NCBI GenBank assembly: GCA_942492765.1
Contig: OW818634.1
Span: 217,159 to 281,158 of the forward strand
Origin: an uncultured bacterium
GTDB taxonomy: Bacteria; Patescibacteriota; Patescibacteriia; Patescibacteriales; UBA12465
DNA: 64,000 nucleotides
Direction of reading: 5' to 3'
Part shown: in pieces, positions 8,723 through 16,035 of the stretch
Numbering within the stretch: the stretch's first letter is position 1
Layout of the letters: the number at the start of each line of letters is the position of its first letter
Notes under the pieces: model-generated
The model's database searches: none
The model's input: only the letters and a program-made list of their open reading frames with translations
Told to the model about the DNA's origin: nothing
Translations under genes and position numbers: made by a program

Positions 8723-9409
8723 CTATTGCTTGCCTATTATCTGATAGGATTTTTCGACATTGGAAAAATCTAAAGGGCTCAAATATTCAGCGATAGCTGT
8801 ATCATATTCGCTCAAGGCCTTGAAGGTGCGCTTAGCGGCGATAAAGCGCTGCTCTAAAGAGGTGCGGCCCCTGAAAAAATTAAGCTGCTGCACGAAAGCG
8901 GCATAGCTTTCAGGGTCAGTCAGGGTCATGACCCGATGGAAGTTCTTAGCAGCTGCTCTCAAAGCCGATGGCCCGCCGACATCGATATTGCCGCGGGCAT
9001 TCTCAAAATTACAATCTTGAGAAACGACTTTCTGAAAAGGATAGAGATTGATGATCAAGAGATCGATAGGAATAGCTCTTTCTCGGTTCATATCATCCTG
9101 ATGAGCTTCGCAATAAGTTTCCGTCAAATATCCTAGGAATAGCTTATGATGCAGAGTTTTAACTAGTCCACCCTCAGTTTCTGGCTGATGGGTATATTCC
9201 CCTACTTCAAATAGCTGAGCGCCAGCTGTCTTCTCGTCAAGCATCTGCTTGATGAAGCTATAAGTCCCGCCGCTAGAAATTATCCTGATGCCGGGACAGG
9301 CAGCCATCAAGGCTGGAACTAAGAACTCCAGGCCGTTCTTATCTGAAACCGATATGACGGCCGTTTTGACCTGGACAAGATCGTCCACTTTTTCTACTGG
9401 TCTAATCAT
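8723..9409 (-). CDS. stand-alone IMP cyclohydrolase-like protein (PurH N-terminal MGS-like domain only)
   Basis: 228 aa colinear with the first ~200 aa of PurH: SVSDK, SSGGT, KTLHHK, NLYPF, NIDVGGP, AAKN; no AICAR formyltransferase domain; AGGAG Shine-Dalgarno 9 nt upstream. Confidence 0.75.
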   Translation of the reverse strand: MIRPVEKVDDLVQVKTAVISVSDKNGLEFLVPALMAACPGIRIISSGGTYSFIKQMLDEKTAGAQLFEVGEYTHQPETEGGLVKTLHHKLFLGYLTETYCEAHQDDMNRERAIPIDLLIINLYPFQKVVSQDCNFENARGNIDVGGPSALRAAAKNFHRVMTLTDPESYAAFVQQLNFFRGRTSLEQRFIAAKRTFKALSEYDTAIAEYLSPLDFSNVEKSYQIIGKQ

Positions 9410-9475
9410 GACTTGGATCTCCTTTTTTTTGGTTAATAATCGAAATATTTATATTCAATTTTGAAAGAATGTTTA

Positions 9476-9504
9476 ATATTATAATTAAACGCTAAAGATG
9501 TCAA
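9476..9504 (-). promoter_or_regulatory. sigma70-type promoter TTGACA-17-TAATAT
   Basis: rc(9499-9504)=TTGACA; rc(9476-9481)=TAATAT. Confidence 0.65.
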
Positions 9505-9506
9505 AT

Positions 9507-9540
9507 AAAAAACCCGCTATCTTTGGCAGACAACGGGTTT
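9507..9540 (-). terminator. intrinsic terminator (pairs fully only in minus-strand RNA via G-U wobbles)
   Basis: CCCGUUGU...AUAGCGGG 8-bp stem followed by U6 on the minus strand. Confidence 0.7.
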
Positions 9541-9564
9541 AAGAATCTAAATATCAGATTCTTG

Positions 9565-10296
9565 CTATTTCTTTTTCCTTTTAGACTCTTCAGCTTTTTC
9601 GGCAGCCAAGAAGTCTGCGACAGTGTTCTGCATTTCATAGCAGGCTTCAGCCTCTTCAGCTTGGATGCCTCCTAAGAAATAATCGATTTCGGAACTATAG
9701 GCCTTTAGATAGCTAGAAGCTTTCTTGGCCATCTCCAGGCGCGAACTAAAGCTCGTCCGGCCCTTGAATCTTTTTATCTCTTCCAAGAAAGCGCCGTAAT
9801 CGTCAGGACTCGATAGGGTCATGACTTGACGCGGATTTGATCGAGCAGCGGATAAAGCGACTTGACCGGCGACATCGATACGCGTCGAGACGCTCTCAAA
9901 ATCGTTCGGACCTGTCTCTAAAATTATCGGCCGAAGATTTATGATCGCCAGATCAATAGGGATGGCCTGAGCATTCCTGATCATCTCCTGATGCTTAGAG
10001 CAATAAGTCTTGCTTAGCAAACCGAGAAAGACTTTCGGCTGTAAAGTTTCTAGAGCCGTGCCATTAACATCAAGATCTCTTACTAATTGTCCGAAGCTCA
10101 AGAGATTGTCCCAAATTTTTTCCCGCGGCATCAGCTTGCTGATGTTTGGGTAATTATTATCAGTCGCATAAATCACGACATTGGGGCAATGTTCTATGAG
10201 CCCGGGTATTAAACTGTCCAGACAGCTAGTGTCTGAAACCAGAATCATCACTTTCTTAACCTCAACGAGGTCGTCGATTTTACTTACCATTCTCAT
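9565..10296 (-). CDS. divergent paralog of the IMPCH-like domain protein with degraded signature motifs
   Basis: 243 aa colinear with 8723-9409 product, but motifs read LVSDT, ATDNN, ETLQPK, NLRPI, RIDVAGQ, AARSN; Lys/Glu-rich C-terminal tail. Confidence 0.6.
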   Translation of the reverse strand: MRMVSKIDDLVEVKKVMILVSDTSCLDSLIPGLIEHCPNVVIYATDNNYPNISKLMPREKIWDNLLSFGQLVRDLDVNGTALETLQPKVFLGLLSKTYCSKHQEMIRNAQAIPIDLAIINLRPIILETGPNDFESVSTRIDVAGQVALSAARSNPRQVMTLSSPDDYGAFLEEIKRFKGRTSFSSRLEMAKKASSYLKAYSSEIDYFLGGIQAEEAEACYEMQNTVADFLAAEKAEESKRKKK

Positions 10297-10367
10297 CTTA
10301 ATGATTTTAGTAAAACATTAAAGCGGTAAAGGCCACTTTTTCATTTGTGTTTTTAAAGAATTTTTTA

Positions 10368-10395
10368 ATTGTATTACTTTACGATATTTTGTCAA
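10368..10395 (-). promoter_or_regulatory. sigma70-type promoter TTGACA-16-TACAAT
   Basis: rc(10390-10395)=TTGACA; rc(10368-10373)=TACAAT. Confidence 0.6.
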
Positions 10396-10426
10396 TAGAA
10401 AAACCGCGCTAAGAGTGCATAAGTCG

Positions 10427-10451
10427 AAAAAAGACCCGAAACTTTCGGGCC
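10427..10451 (-). terminator. intrinsic terminator after ABC-F gene
   Basis: GGCCCGA-loop-UCGGGUC hairpin then U6 on the minus strand. Confidence 0.75.
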
Positions 10452-10482
10452 TTTCATCTTAATTCAGTATATTTTAAGCGGC

Positions 10483-11934
10483 TTATAATTTTCCTAGATC
10501 CAATTCTTCAGTCATCTTGATCTCTTTAACGAACTCCGGCATATGGCTGACCATAATGATCGGACCGTCATAGGCGTTGACCGCTTCGGCGATAACCGGA
10601 ATATGGCGGAAATTTATATGGTTAGTCGGCTCGTCGAGGATGAGTATTCCCGGGCGCATCAGGACCAGGCGCGCGAAGGCGAGCAGGCCTTTCTGTCCTT
10701 CAGATAAGTCGCCGATCTTATGCCCCATCAGGTCGCCGGTAATCAGGAAACCAGCCGCGATCGAACGGATATCTTGCTCTCCCCAGCCGTCGCCGGCGTT
10801 CTTCAGCGAATCAAAGACGGTCTCATTAAAATCCAGAGTCGAGAAGTCTTGGCTATAATAACCGACGCGGATATTCTTAGCGATGCTCTGCCCTTCCTGC
10901 TTGCCGCTGACGAGCGAGCGCAGGAGCGTGCTCTTGCCGATGCCGTTAGGGCCGACGACGAGCAAGCGATCCTTCTTGCGCAGGACCTTATCAATATCCT
11001 TCAATATCGGCTCGTGATTCTTAATGAGCCTGATTTTCTTTAAGACGACGATCTCGCCGCTCAGTTCTTCCTGGACAGGAATATCGAAATCCCTGATCGT
11101 CTTGTCTTCTTGGCGGACATCGACCATATTCTCTTCTAGATCTTCAGTTTCATCCTTGAGCTTCTTCGCGAGCTTGCGCATCTTGCCGCCCTTATGAGCG
11201 AAGAAGTTGACTTTCTCCTTGCGGTCGATGATCTGCTTCTGCAGCTGGGCATTCTCACGCTGTTCGCGTTCGACGCGACGACTGATCTCTTCAACGACAG
11301 AATAATAATCGCCGACATACATCTCGGTCTTATGCGTAAAATTATTGAGATAGATGACGCCTTCGGTAAAGCAATTCAAGAAATCAGCATCATGAGAGAT
11401 GACGAGCACGGTCTTGTCATACATGACAAGGAAAGTGATGAGATGGTCGATACCGTCCTTATCAAGATTATTCGTCGGCTCGTCGAGCAAGAGGATGTCC
11501 GGGTCCTGAATCAAGGCATAGGCTAATAACAGGCGCGCTTGCTGGCCGCCGGACAAGCCGCCGACTTTGCGATCCAAGGGGATATTGAAATTGACCGCGT
11601 CGAGCGCCTTACTGATCCGGCTCTTAATGTTTCCTGGAACGACCGCGAACGCCTTGGAAAAATATTCTTCTATATTAAGATCAAAGAATTCCCGAGACAT
11701 GGTCTGGGCGGCCGCGCCGATGGTCGCGTTGCTAGAAATGGAAATCTGGCCGCTTTTCGGAGTCAGCTCTTTCTTGATTAAGCCGAAGATCGTGCTCTTA
11801 CCAGCGCCGTTCTGACCCATCAGAGTCATTTTCGCGCCTTTGCGCATGCTAAAATCAGCCTCATCGAGGATGGGCTTCTTATGGAGATATTCAAATTTGA
11901 CGCTATCGAATCTAAGCACGACTTCTTCAGCCAT
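10483..11934 (-). CDS. ABC-F family ATPase (two nucleotide-binding domains, no TM domain)
   Basis: Two Walker A sites (GQNGAGKST, GPNGIGKST), two LSGGQ-like signatures (LSGGQQ, LSEGQK), charged inter-domain linker. Confidence 0.9.
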   Translation of the reverse strand: MAEEVVLRFDSVKFEYLHKKPILDEADFSMRKGAKMTLMGQNGAGKSTIFGLIKKELTPKSGQISISSNATIGAAAQTMSREFFDLNIEEYFSKAFAVVPGNIKSRISKALDAVNFNIPLDRKVGGLSGGQQARLLLAYALIQDPDILLLDEPTNNLDKDGIDHLITFLVMYDKTVLVISHDADFLNCFTEGVIYLNNFTHKTEMYVGDYYSVVEEISRRVEREQRENAQLQKQIIDRKEKVNFFAHKGGKMRKLAKKLKDETEDLEENMVDVRQEDKTIRDFDIPVQEELSGEIVVLKKIRLIKNHEPILKDIDKVLRKKDRLLVVGPNGIGKSTLLRSLVSGKQEGQSIAKNIRVGYYSQDFSTLDFNETVFDSLKNAGDGWGEQDIRSIAAGFLITGDLMGHKIGDLSEGQKGLLAFARLVLMRPGILILDEPTNHINFRHIPVIAEAVNAYDGPIIMVSHMPEFVKEIKMTEELDLGKL

Positions 11935-11969
11935 AGTAAAAGGGATTAAATTAAAATAATGACAATTCC

Positions 11970-11998
11970 ATACTATAAGAAAAAACCGTTACTGTCAA
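11970..11998 (-). promoter_or_regulatory. sigma70-type promoter TTGACA-17-TAGTAT for ABC-F gene, -35 lies in the loop of the upstream terminator
   Basis: rc(11993-11998)=TTGACA; rc(11970-11975)=TAGTAT. Confidence 0.6.
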
Positions 11999-12006
11999 AG
12001 TAACGG
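11980..12006 (-). terminator. intrinsic terminator after 138-aa gene
   Basis: CCGTTACT-loop-AGTAACGG stem then U6 on the minus strand. Confidence 0.8.
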
Positions 12007-12027
12007 CTTTAAAAATGTACGCTCTCA

Positions 12028-12444
12028 CTATTCTTCGCAATCGATTCTAACTTTACTGACGCCATTTTCTGCCAGCTCTTCCGGAGTGATCGCATTACCG
12101 AAGTAGATAACCTTGTCATCGCCTTCTAATAGAAACCAATGCTTATACTGCTTATCGTTAGGATCGCGAGGATTCAAACCGATACCAATATACAAAGCGA
12201 ATGTTTCACTGATCATCTGCGTGTTTATCTGGAATAGGTCGCCGAATAGTCCGATTGGAGACTGGCGCGCATCGATATGCGGTTTCTCGCTTCTTTTTTT
12301 CGGCCTAGGAAGATAAATCTTTATTGAACAGTGGTCAGAGATTGGAAAATTCCCAGCATATTCGCTCAGCGGCCTCATGATGACGCCGACGGTGTTCATT
12401 AATCTCTTACTGATTTCTCTGAAAGATTTGTTTTGTTCGCTCAT
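12028..12444 (-). CDS. hypothetical 138-aa protein (paralog of 12586-13014 product)
   Basis: ORF track; own promoter and terminator; shares KPH...GL, A[IL]Y[IL]G.G[IL].P and HWF strings with its neighbour. Confidence 0.55.
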   Translation of the reverse strand: MSEQNKSFREISKRLMNTVGVIMRPLSEYAGNFPISDHCSIKIYLPRPKKRSEKPHIDARQSPIGLFGDLFQINTQMISETFALYIGIGLNPRDPNDKQYKHWFLLEGDDKVIYFGNAITPEELAENGVSKVRIDCEE

Positions 12445-12489
12445 GGCTGATATTATTTTGGTTAATTTTGTTAAAAATACTATGATAAT

Positions 12490-12518
12490 ACTATACCATA
12501 TATTATATATTATGTCAA
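12490..12518 (-). promoter_or_regulatory. sigma70-type promoter TTGACA-17-TATAGT
   Basis: rc(12513-12518)=TTGACA; rc(12490-12495)=TATAGT. Confidence 0.7.
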
Positions 12519-12526
12519 GATATAAG

Positions 12527-12554
12527 AAAAGCCCCTACTGTTAAGTAAGGGCTC
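12527..12554 (-). terminator. intrinsic terminator after 142-aa gene
   Basis: 10-bp stem AGCCCTTACT/AGTAGGGGCT (one mismatch), then UUUUCUU. Confidence 0.75.
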
Positions 12555-12585
12555 TTTAAAGTGATTATACTAACGTGTCAGCGCT

Positions 12586-13014
12586 TTATAGTTGCGCCTT
12601 TCTAATTTTGTAACTAGCCGTTGATAACTGGCTCTGATTCTGCAGTCCGCCGAAAAAGATGGCGCCTAAACTGCCAGATCCGCTCTGAGAGAAGAACCAA
12701 TGTTCTGAGCTTTCAGAAGCAGGATCAATTCCTTTACCAAGATAGATCGCTACGGAGCGTTCTTTAGGAGTATCAAAGATAACGACATCTTCAAACGATA
12801 ATCCCAAATCAGAATCATGCGGCTTACTTTTTTTAAGGCTTTGCAGCGCAGTGGCGTTAGGTTTAGTGATTACCACTGTTTCTGAGCAAGAGCCCATGAT
12901 TGGAACTGAAAACGAGGAACCGAGCTTACTGTTATGCTTGGCCAATCTCTTTTTTAAATCTCTCGCAATTTGCGCAAATTGCGAGCTTTCTTCTTTAGAT
13001 GCAGCTGTCATCAT
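12586..13014 (-). CDS. hypothetical 142-aa protein (paralog of 12028-12444 product)
   Basis: ORF track; own promoter and terminator. Confidence 0.55.
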   Translation of the reverse strand: MMTAASKEESSQFAQIARDLKKRLAKHNSKLGSSFSVPIMGSCSETVVITKPNATALQSLKKSKPHDSDLGLSFEDVVIFDTPKERSVAIYLGKGIDPASESSEHWFFSQSGSGSLGAIFFGGLQNQSQLSTASYKIRKAQL

Positions 13015-13065
13015 TTGTAAGAAATTTTAGGGTTAATTTAATAATGTTAAGAAACTATTGGCTAT

Positions 13066-13094
13066 ACTTTATCACATATAATGAGAAGTGTCAA
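13066..13094 (-). promoter_or_regulatory. candidate promoter TTGACA-17-TAAAGT
   Basis: rc(13089-13094)=TTGACA; weaker -10 box. Confidence 0.45.
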
Positions 13095-13099
13095 CACTA

Positions 13100-13134
13100 T
13101 AAAAAAACCGTTTCTTTTAAGAAAAAACGGTTTT
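13100..13134 (-). terminator. intrinsic terminator after carrier-protein gene
   Basis: CCGTTTT..AAACGG hairpin then U7 on the minus strand. Confidence 0.65.
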
Positions 13135-13159
13135 ATTGGGGGCTTAGCGCTCTCAGGCG

Positions 13160-13459
13160 CTATTGGTTATTCATAGTAACTAATTGGCGGGCGATGTCTC
13201 CGACCGTCTTGAAATCATTCATATTGGTGCTGATTTCAAAACCGAATTCATGCTCGATAAATAGTACTACTTCGAAACGACTGAAGGAGTCCAGGCCAAG
13301 ATCATCTTCTAGATGGCTGGATAACTCCAGCTTGGGCTCGTCGCTGGAAACAGATAATTCATTGGCTTCCATGTAGCCTAGAATGCATTTTTTCAGCTTA
13401 TCGAAGATAGCAGCGATAGCTTCCTTGATTTCCGCTTCCGAGAGTTTTAGATCATTCAT
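13160..13459 (-). CDS. acyl/peptidyl carrier protein-like (phosphopantetheine-binding) protein
   Basis: 99 aa; DDLGLDSFSRFEVVLFIEHEFGFEI matches the carrier-protein helix II Ser attachment motif (D-S-L/F); GGAGG Shine-Dalgarno 8 nt upstream of ATG. Confidence 0.7.
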   Translation of the reverse strand: MNDLKLSEAEIKEAIAAIFDKLKKCILGYMEANELSVSSDEPKLELSSHLEDDLGLDSFSRFEVVLFIEHEFGFEISTNMNDFKTVGDIARQLVTMNNQ

Positions 13460-13508
13460 TTGTCGGTCCTCCTATTTTGTTGTTAGAGTTATTAAAGTTC
13501 GATAAAAA

Positions 13509-13538
13509 ATTGTATCATTATCGGCGATTTCCTGTCAA
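13509..13538 (-). promoter_or_regulatory. sigma70-type promoter TTGACA-18-TACAAT
   Basis: rc(13533-13538)=TTGACA; rc(13509-13514)=TACAAT. Confidence 0.6.
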
Positions 13539-13546
13539 TTCCTAAA

Positions 13547-13577
13547 TAAAAAGCCCCATCCTTAAGAGATAGGGCTG
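13547..13577 (-). terminator. intrinsic terminator after 89-aa gene
   Basis: AGCCCTATC-loop-GATGGGGCT stem, then UUUUAUUU. Confidence 0.7.
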
Positions 13578-13592
13578 TCTTGTTTAAAATAT

Positions 13593-13862
13593 CTAACTCT
13601 TCTTTTCCTTTAAGCGGAGCTTGTTAAGATCTTTGCAAAGCAATGAGCGATTAAGCCTGTTGCAGACCTCTGATGCGCCCTCTAAGAGCGCGTCGCCAGC
13701 ATGGTGATGCTCCAAACACCAATTTTTTATAAATTCCAATTCCCTGAGCCTTTCTTTTTCATTTAAAGAATCGGCAAAATTTATCGCGGTCATTACCCCT
13801 TTTTTATCTCCGGATTCTAACCAGATTTGGGTTACCCAGTTATTAACCATTACTGAACTCAT
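13593..13862 (-). CDS. hypothetical 89-aa protein
   Basis: ORF track; own promoter and terminator; no recognisable family. Confidence 0.5.
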   Translation of the reverse strand: MSSVMVNNWVTQIWLESGDKKGVMTAINFADSLNEKERLRELEFIKNWCLEHHHAGDALLEGASEVCNRLNRSLLCKDLNKLRLKEKKS

Positions 13863-13934
13863 GATCGATATATTTATAGTTATTGATTTTTAACGTTCAA
13901 AAAAAACTTTTTTTGCCAAAATAATCTTCAAGCT

Positions 13935-13963
13935 ATCCTATAATAATAGTCGAGATATGTCAA
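13935..13963 (-). promoter_or_regulatory. sigma70-type promoter TTGACA-17-TAGGAT
   Basis: rc(13958-13963)=TTGACA; rc(13935-13940)=TAGGAT; back to back with the greA promoter. Confidence 0.6.
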
Positions 13964-13979
13964 GGCCTGAAGCCAAAGA

Positions 13980-14008
13980 TTGATAAAAGCTCGAATCCGG
14001 CCTATTAT
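13980..14008 (+). promoter_or_regulatory. sigma70-type promoter TTGATA-17-TATTAT for greA
   Basis: TTGATA 13980-13985, TATTAT 14003-14008; only 6 nt separate the -10 box from the greA ATG. Confidence 0.65.
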
Positions 14009-14014
14009 TAATTC

Positions 14015-14515
14015 ATGCAGACTCCTTATCGTAAAAAAGAAACCTATATAAAGCCTAAAGCTGACCCGCATATCACGCCGGAAAAGTTCGCGACCTTAAG
14101 CGCAAAATTAAAGCGGATGACGGAAATAGACCGTCCGCGCCTAAGCGAAGAGGTCAAACGCTTAGCCGCCATGGGCGATTTCTCAGAAAATGCCGGCTAT
14201 CAGCTAGCCAAAGGGCGACTGCGCGGCCTGAACCAGCGCATCCTGGACGCCGAGGATTTGCTGAAGCGAGCAGAAATAATCGTGCCGAATCAAGATAACG
14301 GCCAAGTCGGACTCGGACATAGCGTGACCGTCGAAGTTAATGGGAAGCTAAAAACATACAAGATACTGGGTTCGGCTGAAACCGATCCTTTAAGCGGTAT
14401 CATTTCCCGTAGCTCTCCGCTCGGCGTAGCGCTTCTCGGACATAAGGTCGGGGACATCATCCCCGTCGCCCTCAGCGATCGCACGGTCGAGTATCGGATT
14501 GTCAAGATAGATTGA
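14015..14515 (+). CDS. greA: transcription elongation factor GreA
   Basis: 166 aa; coiled-coil N-domain with GDFSENAGY and a C-terminal FKBP-like domain; ends with TGA. Confidence 0.9.
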   Translation: MQTPYRKKETYIKPKADPHITPEKFATLSAKLKRMTEIDRPRLSEEVKRLAAMGDFSENAGYQLAKGRLRGLNQRILDAEDLLKRAEIIVPNQDNGQVGLGHSVTVEVNGKLKTYKILGSAETDPLSGIISRSSPLGVALLGHKVGDIIPVALSDRTVEYRIVKID

Positions 14516-14536
14516 TAAGATATCCAATAGAAATAA

Positions 14537-14570
14537 AAAACCGCTCTGATGTTTCTAGAGCGGTTTTATT
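14537..14570. terminator. bidirectional intrinsic terminator between convergent genes
   Basis: AAAACCGCTCT-loop-AGAGCGGTTTT. Confidence 0.8.
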
Positions 14571-14573
14571 TTC

Positions 14574-15206
14574 TTAGAATGGCCTTGGCGTTGCGCGAAT
14601 CATATCGGAGATGAGCTGATTCTTCAGCCTGATATCGCTGCGATTAACGTCGAAGAGCAAGTCTATCCTCAGGCTGACCAGATAAAGCCTCTTAGCTTCC
14701 TGATTGAAAGCCGGACCTTGGCAGCCCACTAACTCTCCTTGTTGAAAAAAGAGTTGGCTTCGGAAAGTCTGATACTCGATATTATCCGGATGATCTTCGA
14801 TCAGGCTATTGATGAAGGCTAGCGACTTAGCTAGAGATTCTCCAGCCTCTCGAAAGCGATTCATCATCCGGAGCAGAGATCCTTTTTCGCTGTAAGCCGT
14901 CGCCAGAGTCATGATGACTTCGGGCCGATAAGGCTGCTTCTCTCCCTGTCTGACTTTCCTAATGATCAGGCGTAAAGATTCCAAAAGCTCTTTTCCTTGA
15001 TAAGAATCTTCTAGGTCAAATCCTTTAGCTAGCATGACTCCGTGCTGAAAATATTCTTTGCGGATCATATTCAGATCCATCTTGGCATATTCTAATTTTC
15101 CCCTTAGGGAAATCTGGATGCTGCGCTTCTTCTCAAGCCGCGCAGCCAACATCCGGCTAATTAAAAGCCGTAATGATTTGAAAATCAAAGCTTTTGACCG
15201 TGCCAT
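14574..15206 (-). CDS. hypothetical helical (TPR-like) protein
   Basis: ORF track; helical-repeat character only; no family recognised. Confidence 0.5.
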   Translation of the reverse strand: MARSKALIFKSLRLLISRMLAARLEKKRSIQISLRGKLEYAKMDLNMIRKEYFQHGVMLAKGFDLEDSYQGKELLESLRLIIRKVRQGEKQPYRPEVIMTLATAYSEKGSLLRMMNRFREAGESLAKSLAFINSLIEDHPDNIEYQTFRSQLFFQQGELVGCQGPAFNQEAKRLYLVSLRIDLLFDVNRSDIRLKNQLISDMIRATPRPF

Positions 15207-15275
15207 GGTTTCTGTGTTTTATGTTATTTTAAAAGATCTATTATTGCGATTTTAACATTCGTATTTCAACACTAA

Positions 15276-15304
15276 AAAATATCATATTGGCTAATGTTTG
15301 TCAA
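15276..15304 (-). promoter_or_regulatory. candidate promoter TTGACA-17-TATTTT
   Basis: rc(15299-15304)=TTGACA; weaker -10 box. Confidence 0.45.
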
Positions 15305-15354
15305 TAGTAGGCATTAGGCAAAATAATAATATCTAAGTTATAATTACTAAAGAT

Positions 15355-16035
15355 ATGGAATCAAGACTCTCGATCATCGTCCCGATTTATAACGAAGAGC
15401 GCATCGCGGCTATTTCCCTGCCGCGCATTTTCGATCTGGCCGTGAATAAGGAAGTCATCGTAGTCGACGACGGATCATCAGATAAGACGCCGGAGATCCT
15501 AAAAGAAATGAAGTTAAGGCATGATTTCCGATTGATCAGCCAGCCAGTCAATCGCGGCAAAGGCGCGGCTATCCGGCGCGGCCTAGAAGAAATCAGCGGC
15601 GATTATTTCATCATCTGCGATGCCGATACCGAATATGACCCGGCTGATATCATCCCGATGTTTAAAGAGATAAAAGAGGGTGCGGGCAGATGCGCGCTTT
15701 ACGGTTCCCGCTTCTTAGACAAGCCAGGCTTTAGTTTCCACCGCGCGGTCAACGGCTTCCTGACCTGCCTGACTAACGCTCTATTCGGTTCGAGCCTGAC
15801 TGATATGGAAACCTGCTTCAAGCTGATTCCGGCTACCGCTCTGAAAGAGATAAGATTAAAAGGAGAACGCTTTGAGATCGAGCCGATCATTACAGCTCAG
15901 CTACTCAAGAACGGCTATAGGATCAAAGAGCTGCCCATAAGCTATGATCGCCGCAGCTATAAGGACGGAAAAAAAATCAGCCCGCGCGACGGGCTGATAG
16001 CGATGATCACTCTACTCAAAGAAAGACTAGGGTAG
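15355..16035 (+). CDS. family-2 glycosyltransferase (polyprenol-phosphate sugar transferase-like)
   Basis: SIIVPIYNEE...VVDDGSSDKT...NRGKGAA...CDADTEYDP GT2 motifs; TATAAT at 15339-15344 lies 10 nt before the ATG. Confidence 0.85.
   Translation: MESRLSIIVPIYNEERIAAISLPRIFDLAVNKEVIVVDDGSSDKTPEILKEMKLRHDFRLISQPVNRGKGAAIRRGLEEISGDYFIICDADTEYDPADIIPMFKEIKEGAGRCALYGSRFLDKPGFSFHRAVNGFLTCLTNALFGSSLTDMETCFKLIPATALKEIRLKGERFEIEPIITAQLLKNGYRIKELPISYDRRSYKDGKKISPRDGLIAMITLLKERLG

Noticed and set aside
14513-14515. Possibility of an alternative genetic code (UGA reassignment, as in some CPR lineages).
   Set aside because: greA ends with TGA at a position matching the normal GreA C-terminus. RF2, which reads UGA, is encoded at 57237-58331. 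All conserved proteins in the track are full length under code 11.
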